33,951 bases of DNA, taken from IMG/VR virus record IMGVR_UViG_3300044676_000763, positions 1 through 33,951 of that record; one strand, 5' to 3'. Positions 15,504 through 25,704 of this stretch are shown here, one piece after another (positions within the stretch are counted from its first letter, which is position 1; each line of letters starts with the position of its first letter). This DNA comes from a virus. Taxonomy: Duplodnaviria > Caudoviricetes. Below the pieces are notes generated by a model. It saw only the letters and a program-made list of their open reading frames with translations, was not told the DNA's origin and ran no database searches. Made by a program: the position numbers and the translations under genes.

Positions 15504-17516
15504 ATGGCCGACAAGATGGATGAATATCAGTTAAGTAGCATCGTATCGAATGAGATAAACGATGCCCTTAATCATTTCGACAGCGAGTACACCGAACAGC
15601 GTCTACGCGCTATGGACTTCTATCTTGGCGAGCCATTGGGCAACGAGGTTGACGGCAAGTCATCCGTTGTGGCCACTGAGGTTGCCGACACCATTGAGTC
15701 GATGCTACCCAATATCATGCGGGTATTCACGTCCAACGATGAGTATGTCCGGTTCAAGCCGCGCACTGCCGAGGATGTGGAGAAGGCTGAACAGGCGTCA
15801 GATTACGTCAACCACGTCATCAACAATGACAATGATGGTTACAAGCTACTGCACACATTCTTCAAGGATGCGTTGCTATTCCGCCTTGGCGTTGTCAAGT
15901 TTTACTGGGATGAATCCGAGGACGTAACCGAAGAAGAATATAACGGCCTGTCAGAAGAAGAACTGGCGATGCTGATGGATGACCCTGACGTTGAGATTGT
16001 GTCGCAGGAAGAAACCATCACCGAGACATATGCAGATGAGATGACAGGCGAGTTATTTCCGGTGTCGTCAACCTATGATCTGTCAGTCCGCGTCACACGC
16101 AAGTCCGGCAAGATTAAGGTTATAAACATACCGCCGGAAGAATTTCTGGTATCACGCCGTGCAGTCTCACTGGATGAGGCGCACTTTATGGCGCACCGCA
16201 CGACTATGACCGTCAGTGACCTTGTCGCTATGGGCTATGACCGCGAGGAAGTAGAGGCACACGCGGGTGTTGGCGAGTTGGACATTGACAGCGAGCGAAC
16301 CCAGCGTTTCCAAGACCTAGAGGCGTCAACAGGCACAGAGGCCGCCGATCCGGCACTGCGCGAGGTTGTCTATTACGAGTGCATCACCAACATCGATTAT
16401 GACGGTGACGGCATTGCCGAGCGTAGACGCATCTGCGCGATTGGCTCGGAAGGCCAGCACATCCTGCACAATGAGCCGTTTGACCACATCCCATTCGCGG
16501 CTGTCACGCCTATCATGATGCCGCACCGCCTGATTGGTCGCTCCATCTATGACATGACCGAGGACTTGCAGGTCATCAAGACGACCCTTATGCGCCAGTA
16601 CCTAGACAGCGTTTATTCATCCACCCTGCCGCGTATGGCGGCTGTTGAGGGTCAGGTTAATCTCGATGATTTGCTGGACGGCACTGCTGGCGGCGTCATC
16701 CGCGTCAGACAGGCTGGAATGTTACAGCAGATCACAGGCTCACCAGTTGGCGGGGAAATCCGGCCTCTGATGGATTACGTTGACACTGTCAAGCAACAGC
16801 GCACAGGAATGAGTGCCGCGTCTCAGGGGCTTGACGCAGACGCATTGCAGTCAAGCACCGCGTCAGCAGTCTCGGCCACAGTCCGTGGCGCACAGATCAA
16901 GCTGGAGAGCATTGCGCGTACATTTGCCGAGACAGGCGTCAAGCAGTTGTTCAAGGGCATCCTGCACTTGGTCACCAAGTACGATAACAAGGATCGCATC
17001 GTGCGCTTGCGTAACAAGTTTGTGCCGATTAACCCTGCTGAGTGGGAGTCCGAGTTTGACTGCGTTGTGCAGGTTGGCCTCGGCACGTCTGACGATGAGA
17101 CAAAGATTGCATTCCTGACGCAGATTGCGGCGAAGCAGGAGCAGATCATGATGCAGTTGGGTGCGAGCAACCCAATCGTGTCGATGCCTCAGTACGTTAA
17201 TACACTGCGGTCTATTGCCGAGATTGGCGGATTCAAGGATGCCGATCAATTCTTCAACTCGCCGCAGATGATCCAGCAACAGATGGCCGCTATGCAAGCC
17301 CAGCCTGAACAGCCACAACCTGATCCGAAGATGATCGAGATGCAACAGGATATGGCACTCAAGCGCGAGCGTATGCAGTTGGAGATACAGCTAGAGCGTG
17401 AGAAGATGGCTATGGAGATGGAACTGCGCCAGCAGGAACTCCAAGCCGAAGCTGAACTGAGAGTGGCAAAGGCAGTGACCGATGCCGAAATTTCAACTAA
17501 CTTGCCGAGGGTTTAG
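15504..17516 (+). CDS. Portal protein
   Basis: 670 aa; FYLGEPLGNE..G.S.VV, FKDALL...G.VK.YW, IPPEEF, HR..GRS, C-terminal Q/E-rich coiled coil. Confidence 0.92.
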   Translation: MADKMDEYQLSSIVSNEINDALNHFDSEYTEQRLRAMDFYLGEPLGNEVDGKSSVVATEVADTIESMLPNIMRVFTSNDEYVRFKPRTAEDVEKAEQASDYVNHVINNDNDGYKLLHTFFKDALLFRLGVVKFYWDESEDVTEEEYNGLSEEELAMLMDDPDVEIVSQEETITETYADEMTGELFPVSSTYDLSVRVTRKSGKIKVINIPPEEFLVSRRAVSLDEAHFMAHRTTMTVSDLVAMGYDREEVEAHAGVGELDIDSERTQRFQDLEASTGTEAADPALREVVYYECITNIDYDGDGIAERRRICAIGSEGQHILHNEPFDHIPFAAVTPIMMPHRLIGRSIYDMTEDLQVIKTTLMRQYLDSVYSSTLPRMAAVEGQVNLDDLLDGTAGGVIRVRQAGMLQQITGSPVGGEIRPLMDYVDTVKQQRTGMSAASQGLDADALQSSTASAVSATVRGAQIKLESIARTFAETGVKQLFKGILHLVTKYDNKDRIVRLRNKFVPINPAEWESEFDCVVQVGLGTSDDETKIAFLTQIAAKQEQIMMQLGASNPIVSMPQYVNTLRSIAEIGGFKDADQFFNSPQMIQQQMAAMQAQPEQPQPDPKMIEMQQDMALKRERMQLEIQLEREKMAMEMELRQQELQAEAELRVAKAVTDAEISTNLPRV

Positions 17517-17518
17517 GT

Positions 17519-18496
17519 ATGGCGCTGACTTTTGAATCTTCACATTCCGGAGGAACTGGTCAACAGCTTGGCCAGAGTTATGAGGTCTATGGCGGTGGTG
17601 GCGGTGGAGAGGATGCGCGTTTCGGTGCATACACTCCGACATCGGCTGTTGCCCAGCAGTTAGAAAACGAGATTGCCGCCAGTGCGGCCAGACAAGCCGC
17701 CGCACAGTTTGCGGAACAGCAACGTCAGGACGATGTGGCCGCGCAGGTCTTAGCAAACACGCAAGCGGCAATCGCAGAAAAGCAACGCCGAGAGCAACAG
17801 GCTAGGGATCAGATTGTTGGCAGGGCTTCTATGGGTTTCACCAATTTGGGTGGATACAGCCCATCGCCTATAGACTTAGCGGCTCGGTATGGTTACCGCG
17901 CACCAAGCGTTATGACGTACCTTGACGCTGGCAAGCCTTACAGTGGCTTGCTAGGCAGTCTGACAGGCAATGCCTACACGCAGTTGCAGTCAGGTATCGG
18001 ACAGCCTGTGACAAGCGGTGTGGACGCGTTTGGCAACCCCAGAGTAATTGGGTCATTTACAGAAACGCCATTCGGCGGCACTGTGTACTCCGGTAGGCAA
18101 GACCCAGATTACACAGGCGCATATGCAGACCTTGTTCGACCTTATGACGACTCCGCAACCAGATACCGCGATGACCGCCCAGAGGTTGTCGGCTCATTAA
18201 CGGATTCCGAGACAGGCGAAGAAAGATGCCCGACCGGATATAAATTTGACAGGGACTTGAATGCTTGCCGCGTTGACACTGGTATGGGTGAAGATCAGCG
18301 AGATGACACGGATGACGCCACCGCCGCGTATGCCCGAATGGGATTATTGGATGTCGCGCCTGACTTCTCTGGCTCAGTATTCGGTGACGGTTTATTATTT
18401 GATGAACGTAATAAAATGTTCCGCCTTGCAGGGGCAACGCGACCTGACATATTCAGAACACGACCATCAACAATAGGAATGACAGAGATATCATGA
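17519..18496 (+). CDS. Hypothetical virion-associated protein (325 aa)
   Basis: Between the portal and scaffold genes; A/Q-rich coiled coil, Gly-rich core, CPTGY...C motif. Confidence 0.7.
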   Translation: MALTFESSHSGGTGQQLGQSYEVYGGGGGGEDARFGAYTPTSAVAQQLENEIAASAARQAAAQFAEQQRQDDVAAQVLANTQAAIAEKQRREQQARDQIVGRASMGFTNLGGYSPSPIDLAARYGYRAPSVMTYLDAGKPYSGLLGSLTGNAYTQLQSGIGQPVTSGVDAFGNPRVIGSFTETPFGGTVYSGRQDPDYTGAYADLVRPYDDSATRYRDDRPEVVGSLTDSETGEERCPTGYKFDRDLNACRVDTGMGEDQRDDTDDATAAYARMGLLDVAPDFSGSVFGDGLLFDERNKMFRLAGATRPDIFRTRPSTIGMTEIS

Positions 18497-18783
18497 ACGA
18501 GGGAAAAGCAAGGGAAGCTATAACCAGAGCCGCGAAGGCCGAGGCGTTGTTAAGGAACGAATTGTTACAGGAGGGGTTTGATTACCTAGAGGCGCAATTC
18601 ATAGACGCTTGGCGAAACAGCGAGGTTACAGACAACGACAGCCGAGAACGCCTATATCAATTATTAAAGAATCTTGAGGCGTTAAAGGGGTACTTTAATA
18701 CTGTAATTGAGGATGGTAAGATGGCAAACGCGCAACTTGAACAAGTCAAGGCGCAAAACAATTTTAACACAAGGAAAAGGTGA
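18493..18783 (+). CDS. Conserved head-module helical protein (96 aa)
   Basis: AEALL.NELL..F..L...W...RE.LY pattern; upstream of the scaffold gene. Confidence 0.75.
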   Translation: MNEGKAREAITRAAKAEALLRNELLQEGFDYLEAQFIDAWRNSEVTDNDSRERLYQLLKNLEALKGYFNTVIEDGKMANAQLEQVKAQNNFNTRKR

Positions 18784-18788
18784 AATAT

Positions 18789-19811
18789 ATGTCCGACAAT
18801 CCAAATGGAAACGGAGCAATTTCTTTTAACGATGCACTGAATCTTCTAAACACCCCATCAGAGGACAATGTAGTAGAAGAACGGTCAGAGGTAGAGGCAC
18901 AGGATGCCGAACCTCAACAGCCTGAGATAGAGGCGGCTGACACATCAGAGGACACGGCAGAATACGATGCCACCGAAGATGACGATCAGGACGATGATAT
19001 TGATGACGGCGAAGATGCCTACGAGGACGAAGATCAAGACGAATACATTGAAGAACCTGAGTCCTACACCGTCAAAGTTGACGGCGTGGAACATGAGGTA
19101 ACCTTGGATGAATTGCGTAATGGGTATTCGCGCCAACAGGCATTTACAAAGCGTTCTATGGAACTGGCAGAACAACGCAAAGCCTTTGAAGCAGAGGCCG
19201 CCGAGACTAAGCAGTTACGAGACGCTTACAAGCAACATCTCGATGTGTTGCAAGGTCAAATCCAGCAGACAACTCAGCAAGAGCCTGACTGGAGAGCATT
19301 AGCTGAAACAATGTCGGAACGTGACTTGTTTCTGTATAAGACTGAGTGGGATCAGCAAAAAGAGTATTCCCAGCAGTTGCAAGCAGAGCAAAACCGCATA
19401 GCCCAAGAGCAAGCACTTGAACAGCAAGAGCAGATGAAAAAGCACTTGGTTACGCAACGTGAAGACATGCTGAACCGCATACCTGACTGGAAAGATGAAG
19501 ATGTCCGCGATAGCGAGCGTCAGGAAGTCATCAAGTACGCTCAGAGGCGGATCGGGTTTTCTGAGGAAGAAATCGCAAATGCGTCAGACGCAAGGGCGAT
19601 TGAACTTCTTTATAAGGCGTGGAAGTGGGATAATCTTCAAGGTAAGAAACCCGCCGCCAAGAAACGCACACAGAAAGCACCGAAGATGGCAAGGGCTGGG
19701 CAACCTCGCACCAAGAGTGATGTGCAAAACCGTTCGCGGAAGAAGGCACTGGATCGCCTCAGTAAAGAGGGCAGTGTTGACGCCGCAGTCAACTACTTGA
19801 TGGGCAGTTAG
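18789..19811 (+). CDS. Capsid scaffolding protein
   Basis: Very acidic N-terminus, YTVKVDG...VTLDEL..GY.RQ..FTK, coiled coils; precedes the capsid gene. Confidence 0.88.
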   Translation: MSDNPNGNGAISFNDALNLLNTPSEDNVVEERSEVEAQDAEPQQPEIEAADTSEDTAEYDATEDDDQDDDIDDGEDAYEDEDQDEYIEEPESYTVKVDGVEHEVTLDELRNGYSRQQAFTKRSMELAEQRKAFEAEAAETKQLRDAYKQHLDVLQGQIQQTTQQEPDWRALAETMSERDLFLYKTEWDQQKEYSQQLQAEQNRIAQEQALEQQEQMKKHLVTQREDMLNRIPDWKDEDVRDSERQEVIKYAQRRIGFSEEEIANASDARAIELLYKAWKWDNLQGKKPAAKKRTQKAPKMARAGQPRTKSDVQNRSRKKALDRLSKEGSVDAAVNYLMGS

Positions 19812-19828
19812 CCCAAGGAGAACACAAA

Positions 19829-20779
19829 ATGACTACTTTCGCTACTAGCGCCGCTATCGGCCAAAAAGAAGAACTTGCCGATATTATTTATCGGATCGAC
19901 CCCTCTGAGACACCAGCATTCAGCAACATGAAGAAAAGCACTTCATCTGCTGTTTTCACTGAGTGGCAGACACAGGATTTGGCTAGCGCATCTGCTACCA
20001 ATTACGTCAACGAAGGTGCTGACGCCAGTACAGCGGCGGCCGTTCCGACAGTCCGTCTTGGTAATTATCATCAGGTGTCTGTGAAAAGTTTTGCTACATC
20101 TGGCACACTTGATGCAGTGGACACAGCAGGCCGCCAACGTGAACACAATTATCAAAAAGTGCTAAAAGCGATCGAGCTTCGTAGAGACATCGAGAAGTCA
20201 ATCACCGACACAAATGTTGCACGTTCTGGCTCAGACCCACGCAAATCTGCGTCTCTGATGACTTGGATGACAAACGGTTCAGTTGGTGCTGGCGCTGGCG
20301 CATTCTCAGCAGGTACAGGCACAGACACTGTGACTGACGGCGATGATCGTGCGTTGACTCTTGCACTCATCGAAGACGGTATGCAGGACGCTTGGACAGA
20401 TGGCGGAAACCCATCAATGATGCTTTGCTCGGCCACTAACCGTGCGAACTTCTCTGACCTGTCAGCATCTGGCAACCTTGTCAGCAATGACGTAAACATG
20501 ACTGCCGCGAAGGAAGTCGCCTACGTTGGGTCAACATCAGTATTCCTTACTGACTTTGGTACAGTTGAGGCAACACCATCACGCTTCATGTCAAACGACA
20601 AGATGTTCCTGATCGACCCTTCATTCATTGAACTTTGCACACTGAATGGCCGTAACTTTGCCGAAATAGAGTTGGCAAAGAACGGTGACGCAGACCGTTC
20701 ACAGATCATCTGTGAGTGGGCATTGAAGCCACTTGCGCCAAAGGCACACGCTGGCATCTTCGATCTGTCAGGATCATAA
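19829..20779 (+). CDS. Major capsid protein (DUF5309/SU10-like)
   Basis: EELADIIYRIDPSETP, EWQTQDL, EGAD, R.GNY.Q, ELRRDIE, TDFG; AAGGAG RBS. Confidence 0.92.
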   Translation: MTTFATSAAIGQKEELADIIYRIDPSETPAFSNMKKSTSSAVFTEWQTQDLASASATNYVNEGADASTAAAVPTVRLGNYHQVSVKSFATSGTLDAVDTAGRQREHNYQKVLKAIELRRDIEKSITDTNVARSGSDPRKSASLMTWMTNGSVGAGAGAFSAGTGTDTVTDGDDRALTLALIEDGMQDAWTDGGNPSMMLCSATNRANFSDLSASGNLVSNDVNMTAAKEVAYVGSTSVFLTDFGTVEATPSRFMSNDKMFLIDPSFIELCTLNGRNFAEIELAKNGDADRSQIICEWALKPLAPKAHAGIFDLSGS

Positions 20780-20787
20780 GCATAAGA

Positions 20788-20818
20788 GGGGGCGGCACAA
20801 GTCGCCCCCATTACTTTT
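20788..20818 (+). terminator. Terminator after the major capsid gene
   Basis: GGGGGCGGC-ACAA-GTCGCCCCC followed by ATTACTTTT. Confidence 0.75.
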
Positions 20819-20832
20819 GTAAGGGATGTTAA

Positions 20833-21153
20833 ATGCAGAGAATTATTAAAAGCGATGCGGCGACAGGCACGGTGATGAAGATGCACCAAGACCACAGCGA
20901 CACCGCAATCGTTGAGACAATCCAGAACTTTGACAACCTGCTCAAGATAAACAAGCAGATGAGTAACGACTGGAGCAATTCAAATTTCCACGGCACACAG
21001 AAGCACATGCATCATGTGGCGGAAATACCAAACGTAGTTTATAATCATCTTCTGGAGACACTTGGCAGTCCACGCGAAAACCCGAAGGCGTGGAAGGCTT
21101 GGTTAAACGATCACCAGAACCGTGATTTTAGGACAGGCGGCGGAACACTATGA
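20833..21153 (+). CDS. Conserved hypothetical virion-module protein (106 aa)
   Basis: HVAEIP...WLND..N..FRT..G pattern; follows the capsid gene. Confidence 0.8.
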   Translation: MQRIIKSDAATGTVMKMHQDHSDTAIVETIQNFDNLLKINKQMSNDWSNSNFHGTQKHMHHVAEIPNVVYNHLLETLGSPRENPKAWKAWLNDHQNRDFRTGGGTL

Positions 21154-21794
21154 GCATCAGCACCTACACCGAGTTAAAGACGGCTGTCGCAAACTTCCTT
21201 GCGCGTGATGACCTTACCTCGCAGATACCAAACTTTATCCAACTTGCAGAGTCGCGCATGTCGCGTGAACTTGAGACGCGAGATCAGGAAAAGCGAGCCA
21301 CTGCGACCCTGACATCCGGCGATGAATATATTGCGCTACCGACTGACTTGCGTGAGGTGCGAGAGGTGTCACTAGGGACTGATCCAAAGACTGTGCTTAG
21401 TTACTTTAGTCCAAGTTCACTTGACTCAACTTATTCATCAAATGGCTCTGGCAAACCCCTTGGTTTCAGTATTGTTGGCGGCGAGATGAAATTGCGGCCA
21501 ATTCCGGATGCTGGGTACACTGCCGAGATTGTGTATATTGGTAGCCTGTCTTCTCTTTCTGACAGCAACCTGACCAATGTTGTGCTGTCCCGCCACCCTG
21601 ACGCTTACCTTTATGGGGCGCTTGCCGAGGCCTACGCCTTTTTGCTAGATGAGACTAGGGCGGCGCAGTACATGCAACGATTTAGTCTGGCCATAGAAGA
21701 AATAAAAGTAGATGAGCAAAGAGCAAACTATGGAACAGGCTCACTGCAAATCAAATCCATATATCAACGCCAAAACAATTCTGCGGAGAGTTAA
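21150..21794 (+). CDS. Head-tail adaptor-like protein
   Basis: TYTELK..VA.FL.R.DL...IP.FI.LAE...R; PD.YLYG.L.EA; position. Confidence 0.75.
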   Translation: MSISTYTELKTAVANFLARDDLTSQIPNFIQLAESRMSRELETRDQEKRATATLTSGDEYIALPTDLREVREVSLGTDPKTVLSYFSPSSLDSTYSSNGSGKPLGFSIVGGEMKLRPIPDAGYTAEIVYIGSLSSLSDSNLTNVVLSRHPDAYLYGALAEAYAFLLDETRAAQYMQRFSLAIEEIKVDEQRANYGTGSLQIKSIYQRQNNSAES

Positions 21795-22181
21795 ATGTCG
21801 GCACTATCTGATTACCTTGAAAACGAAATATTAGACCACATCCTGTCGGTTGGTTCGTACACAATGCCAACAAATGTCTATGTCGGCCTGTCAACCGGAT
21901 CATTTGCGGATGACAATTCAGGCACGGAACTGACTGGCAACAACTACGCCAGAGTGGTTGCATCGTTTGGTGCGGCGTCTGGCGGCACGTCATCTAACGA
22001 TGCGGCGATTGAGTTCGCGGCGGCTACTGGCTCTTGGGGCAGTATCAGCCACTTCGGCATCTTTGACGCGGCATCATCCGGCAATCTGCTGATCCACGGC
22101 GCGTTCACCACTGCCAAGACAATCGCCTCTGGTGATATTCTAAAGATACCAACAGGTGATTTAGACATCACTGCGGCGTAG
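21795..22181 (+). CDS. Virion structural or tail-associated protein (128 aa)
   Basis: SDYLEN.ILDH, YAR, A.GSWG.I.HFGIFDA..GN.L. Confidence 0.75.
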   Translation: MSALSDYLENEILDHILSVGSYTMPTNVYVGLSTGSFADDNSGTELTGNNYARVVASFGAASGGTSSNDAAIEFAAATGSWGSISHFGIFDAASSGNLLIHGAFTTAKTIASGDILKIPTGDLDITAA

Positions 22182-22191
22182 GTGAGCCGAT

Positions 22192-22818
22192 ATGGCCACA
22201 CTTGAGCAACTAGATAGCTGGGGGACGCTGGAGCAGTTAGATGTTTACGGCTTAACCCTAGAACAGCTAGACCAGTTAGACTTTACTAATTCTGACGGTA
22301 GCGCGGCATTTGCTGTGACATCTTTAGGCGCGGCTGACAGGGTTCGGGGTCTTGTTGGGGGTGCTTCTGTTGCTTTGTCCGCAACGGCCATTCCGCAACA
22401 CACACAAGTAATCTCAGGAATTGCCACAACAGCCGTGACATCCGCAGGTACGGCTAACAGGGTTCAGAACTTTGCGGCGTCAGTCACTGGCGCTGGTTCA
22501 GTTACAGCCACCGCCACGTTTATAGCATCATACGCTGGCGCTGGTGGTTTTGCATTCACCTCATCGGCTTCGGCAAATGTTGTAATGAGTGTCACAGGTA
22601 TCGCAGGTGCGGTATTCACGGCCACAGGCGCAACGACAGTTGACTACGTTATGGCGGGATCGTCAAACATTGCGGCGAGTGTTACAATGACAGGCAAGGT
22701 TCTTGGCGAGGATTGGATTGACGTTGAGGATGGCACAGAGACTTGGACAGAGATTGCGGCTGGCTCTGAGATTTGGAGTCAGGTCAGCACAGGCAGTGAG
22801 GTTTGGTTGCAACAATGA
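22192..22818 (+). CDS. Ala/Thr/Gly-rich structural protein (208 aa)
   Basis: TLEQLD three times at the N-terminus; four Trp at 10-residue spacing at the C-terminus. Confidence 0.7.
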   Translation: MATLEQLDSWGTLEQLDVYGLTLEQLDQLDFTNSDGSAAFAVTSLGAADRVRGLVGGASVALSATAIPQHTQVISGIATTAVTSAGTANRVQNFAASVTGAGSVTATATFIASYAGAGGFAFTSSASANVVMSVTGIAGAVFTATGATTVDYVMAGSSNIAASVTMTGKVLGEDWIDVEDGTETWTEIAAGSEIWSQVSTGSEVWLQQ

Positions 22819-24269
22819 TTAACTTTGGCGAATGGCTACCAGATCAGCCCGACTATAACACTGCTGGCGTCACAGTCGCGGAGAACGTAATCCCCGCTCT
22901 GGGCGGATATCGTAGTCTTAACGAATTTGTGGCGTACAGCAACGCGGCCACAGGAACTATCCTGAAAGTGTTTGCGGCGAAGCAAGACGATGGCACGATG
23001 CATTTGTTCGCTGGAGACGCGACAAAGCTATACAATTTTGATATCACAACAAACAACTTAGATGATGTCAGTAAGGCTGGTGGGTATAACCTTACAGGTT
23101 CAGATCGTTGGGAGTTCGTGCAATTTGGAAACAAGGTTATCGCCACAGGTGGAGTAAATGAAGAACCGCAGGTCTGGACGCTAGGCACAAGCACCGCATT
23201 TGCTGACTTGGCCGGATCGCCCCCGAAGGGTGACTTTCTGGCGGTTGTGCGTGACTTCGTGTGGATTGCTAACGCCGATGATGGATCGGGTCGTGTGCCG
23301 TACAAGGTGTACTGGTCTGCATTTGATGACCCGACAAGCTGGACGGCCGGAACAGGTCAAAGTGATTTTCAAAGCATCCCCGATGCGGGTAATATCGTAA
23401 AGATCATAGGCGGAGAGTATTGCACCATCCTGATGGAGCGAGCCATCGTGCGCGCCACATACACTGGATTGCCTCTGGTCTGGCAGTTTGACAAGGTGGA
23501 GTCGGCGCGAGGCTGTCAGGTTTCTGGGTCGGTGTGTAATATCGGTCACACCATTTTCTACTTATCTGACGACGGCTTCTACATGCACGATGGGGCAACC
23601 TCAAAGAACATAGGGGCAGAGAAGGTAGATAAATTCTTTTTCAAGGATGTGAACTTTGCTTATAAAGACAGGATCACGTCCAGCGTTGACCCGCAGAACC
23701 AGATTGCCGTTTGGTCTTATGTGTCAAACAGCGCATTAGACGGTAGGCCAGACAGGCTATTAATCTATAACTACGCGACAGGCGGCTGGTCATATGCAAA
23801 CGTGACTGCCGACTTGATTGCGCCGTTCTTTACGGCTGGCTATACGTTGGAGGGCTTGGATAACATATCGACCAACATCGATGTGCTTCCGGCGTCTCTG
23901 GATTCGGCACTGTACAAGGGCGGCCAGTTCCTGTTCGGCGGCGCTCTCGGAAATAAAATTTACGCATTCTCAGGTGACCCACTTGACGCCACGATTGAGA
24001 CAGGCGAGACAGGTCTGGCCACTGGCAACTTCACTATTGTGACGAGAGTGTACCCATATCACCGAGGCGGCTCAGTGACAATTCAGATCGGCACTAGAAG
24101 CCTGCACTCAGAGTCCGCCACATTCACTGACGCTGTCGCGCCAAATGCTGACGGTTTTGCGCCATTCCGCGCACAGGACAGATATCACCGCGCACGGATG
24201 AACCTAACAGGAGATTGGGAGTTCGCGCAGGGGATGGATATTGATGCCAGAAAGGTTGGCAGACGATGA
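22815..24269 (+). CDS. Tail hub/nozzle (packaged-DNA stabilisation) protein
   Basis: FGEWLPDQP start, beta-propeller-like composition, about 484 aa; podovirus gene position. Confidence 0.75.
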   Translation: MINFGEWLPDQPDYNTAGVTVAENVIPALGGYRSLNEFVAYSNAATGTILKVFAAKQDDGTMHLFAGDATKLYNFDITTNNLDDVSKAGGYNLTGSDRWEFVQFGNKVIATGGVNEEPQVWTLGTSTAFADLAGSPPKGDFLAVVRDFVWIANADDGSGRVPYKVYWSAFDDPTSWTAGTGQSDFQSIPDAGNIVKIIGGEYCTILMERAIVRATYTGLPLVWQFDKVESARGCQVSGSVCNIGHTIFYLSDDGFYMHDGATSKNIGAEKVDKFFFKDVNFAYKDRITSSVDPQNQIAVWSYVSNSALDGRPDRLLIYNYATGGWSYANVTADLIAPFFTAGYTLEGLDNISTNIDVLPASLDSALYKGGQFLFGGALGNKIYAFSGDPLDATIETGETGLATGNFTIVTRVYPYHRGGSVTIQIGTRSLHSESATFTDAVAPNADGFAPFRAQDRYHRARMNLTGDWEFAQGMDIDARKVGRR

Positions 24270-24589
24270 CTATTGAGAGGCGTCAGGTTAATTTTCGCAG
24301 ACTTAATCCAGTCACGGCGACCACAAGAGAGGTGGCCGAGGTGCTAAACAGAACCATAGAGGGTGGGTTAAACAGCGTTGGATATGTAACCCTTCTAGCC
24401 AATCAAACTCAGACGACAGTGTCTGAGCCTCGCTATAGCGTTGAGAGCCTAGTTTTCTTCTGTGGCGTTGGTCACAATCCTTGGCATCACAATCCATATG
24501 TTGAGGCAACAAGCACCAACGGCACTATGATTATTGGTCATGACAATCAGGGACACGATGCAGACTTTGCCTACCTTATTATCGGCTGA
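24266..24589 (+). CDS. Hypothetical structural protein (107 aa)
   Basis: ATGA overlap; REVAEVLN...G.LNS.G.VTL. Confidence 0.75.
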   Translation: MTIERRQVNFRRLNPVTATTREVAEVLNRTIEGGLNSVGYVTLLANQTQTTVSEPRYSVESLVFFCGVGHNPWHHNPYVEATSTNGTMIIGHDNQGHDADFAYLIIG

Positions 24590-24959
24590 TGACAAATTCA
24601 GCCACGACTGGGATCGTTGTAAGCGATACATAGAGGACGCGCTGAAATACGCTGGCGGGTCGCATAGTATTGACGATGTGCGCGATTTTGTGCTTGCTGG
24701 GAAAGCCCAGTTTCACCCTTTGCCGATATCGTGTATTATAACCGAGATAGTAGATTATCCGCAGAAGTCAATGTGCCGCATCTGGCTGGCTGGCGGAAAC
24801 CTAGATGAATTAATGGAAGCCGAGAAATCTATCGCGCACTGGGCAAAATCAATAGGGTGCGATGGGATGGAAATAGTAGGCCGGAAGGGCTGGTCAAGAC
24901 AACTTAAAGATTACCGCGAGTCGGCGGTTGTACTGATGAAGGATTTTGAAAATGAGTAA
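24558..24959 (+). CDS. GNAT-fold-like phage protein
   Basis: IWLAGG...WAKSIGC...GRKGW.R; lies just before the ejection genes. Start uncertain. Confidence 0.65.
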   Translation: MQTLPTLLSADDKFSHDWDRCKRYIEDALKYAGGSHSIDDVRDFVLAGKAQFHPLPISCIITEIVDYPQKSMCRIWLAGGNLDELMEAEKSIAHWAKSIGCDGMEIVGRKGWSRQLKDYRESAVVLMKDFENE

Positions 24960-25695
24960 AGGCGGCGGACAGACTAGAACGGTCACCCAAACCACAGGCG
25001 CACCAGAGTACGCCCAGCCATTTATTGAGTACGGCTTGTCAGAGGCAAAACGCTTGTACGGCGAACAGCCTCAGTATTACCCAGAGCAGACAACGGTCGG
25101 CTACAGCCCAGAAACCGAGATGGCTCTGTCTGCGGCGCGCCAGAAGGCTATTACCGGATCACCATTCATTCAGGCCACGCAGGACGTGGTTATGCAGAAC
25201 CTGATGGGTACTAACCCACTACAGGCGGCGGCATTCCGTCCAGTTGTTGAACAGGTTCAGGGTCAGACATCGCTGGCGGGTCGCTACGGCTCAGGCTACC
25301 AGCAAGCCGCACTCGCGCAAGCACTTGCCCCTGCGGCACTGCAAGCACAACAGGCGGCTATCAGTCAAGCACCTGCGGCGCGTCAGTTCGGGTTTGCAGA
25401 CATCCAGACACTAGGCGAGGTCGGCGCGGCTAGAGAGGCGCAGAGTCAGGCAGAACTTGCGGCTGACATCCAGCGCTTCCAGTTTGAGCAGGAACAGCCA
25501 CTCTCATCGCTGGCTAACTATATGGCCGCAATTCAGGGCGGCACAGTCGGGAGTCAGCAGGTCACTCCAGTCTATCGCCAGCCTATGGCGTCTGCCCTTG
25601 GCGGCGCATTAGGTGGCGCACAGTTGGGTGCAAGGGCTGGCTTTGATCCAATGACAGGCGCAGTTCTTGGCGGCGTTGCAAGTCTATTAGGTTAG
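24952..25695 (+). CDS. Putative ejection (pilot) protein 1
   Basis: MSKGGG start, Q/A-rich body, Gly/Ala-rich hydrophobic C-terminus. Confidence 0.7.
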   Translation: MSKGGGQTRTVTQTTGAPEYAQPFIEYGLSEAKRLYGEQPQYYPEQTTVGYSPETEMALSAARQKAITGSPFIQATQDVVMQNLMGTNPLQAAAFRPVVEQVQGQTSLAGRYGSGYQQAALAQALAPAALQAQQAAISQAPAARQFGFADIQTLGEVGAAREAQSQAELAADIQRFQFEQEQPLSSLANYMAAIQGGTVGSQQVTPVYRQPMASALGGALGGAQLGARAGFDPMTGAVLGGVASLLG

Positions 25696-25704
25696 GGGTA
25701 AGAG

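Noticed and set aside
19829-20830. Programmed frameshift extension of the capsid protein
   Set aside because: No slippery heptamer is evident near the stop, and a terminator follows directly.
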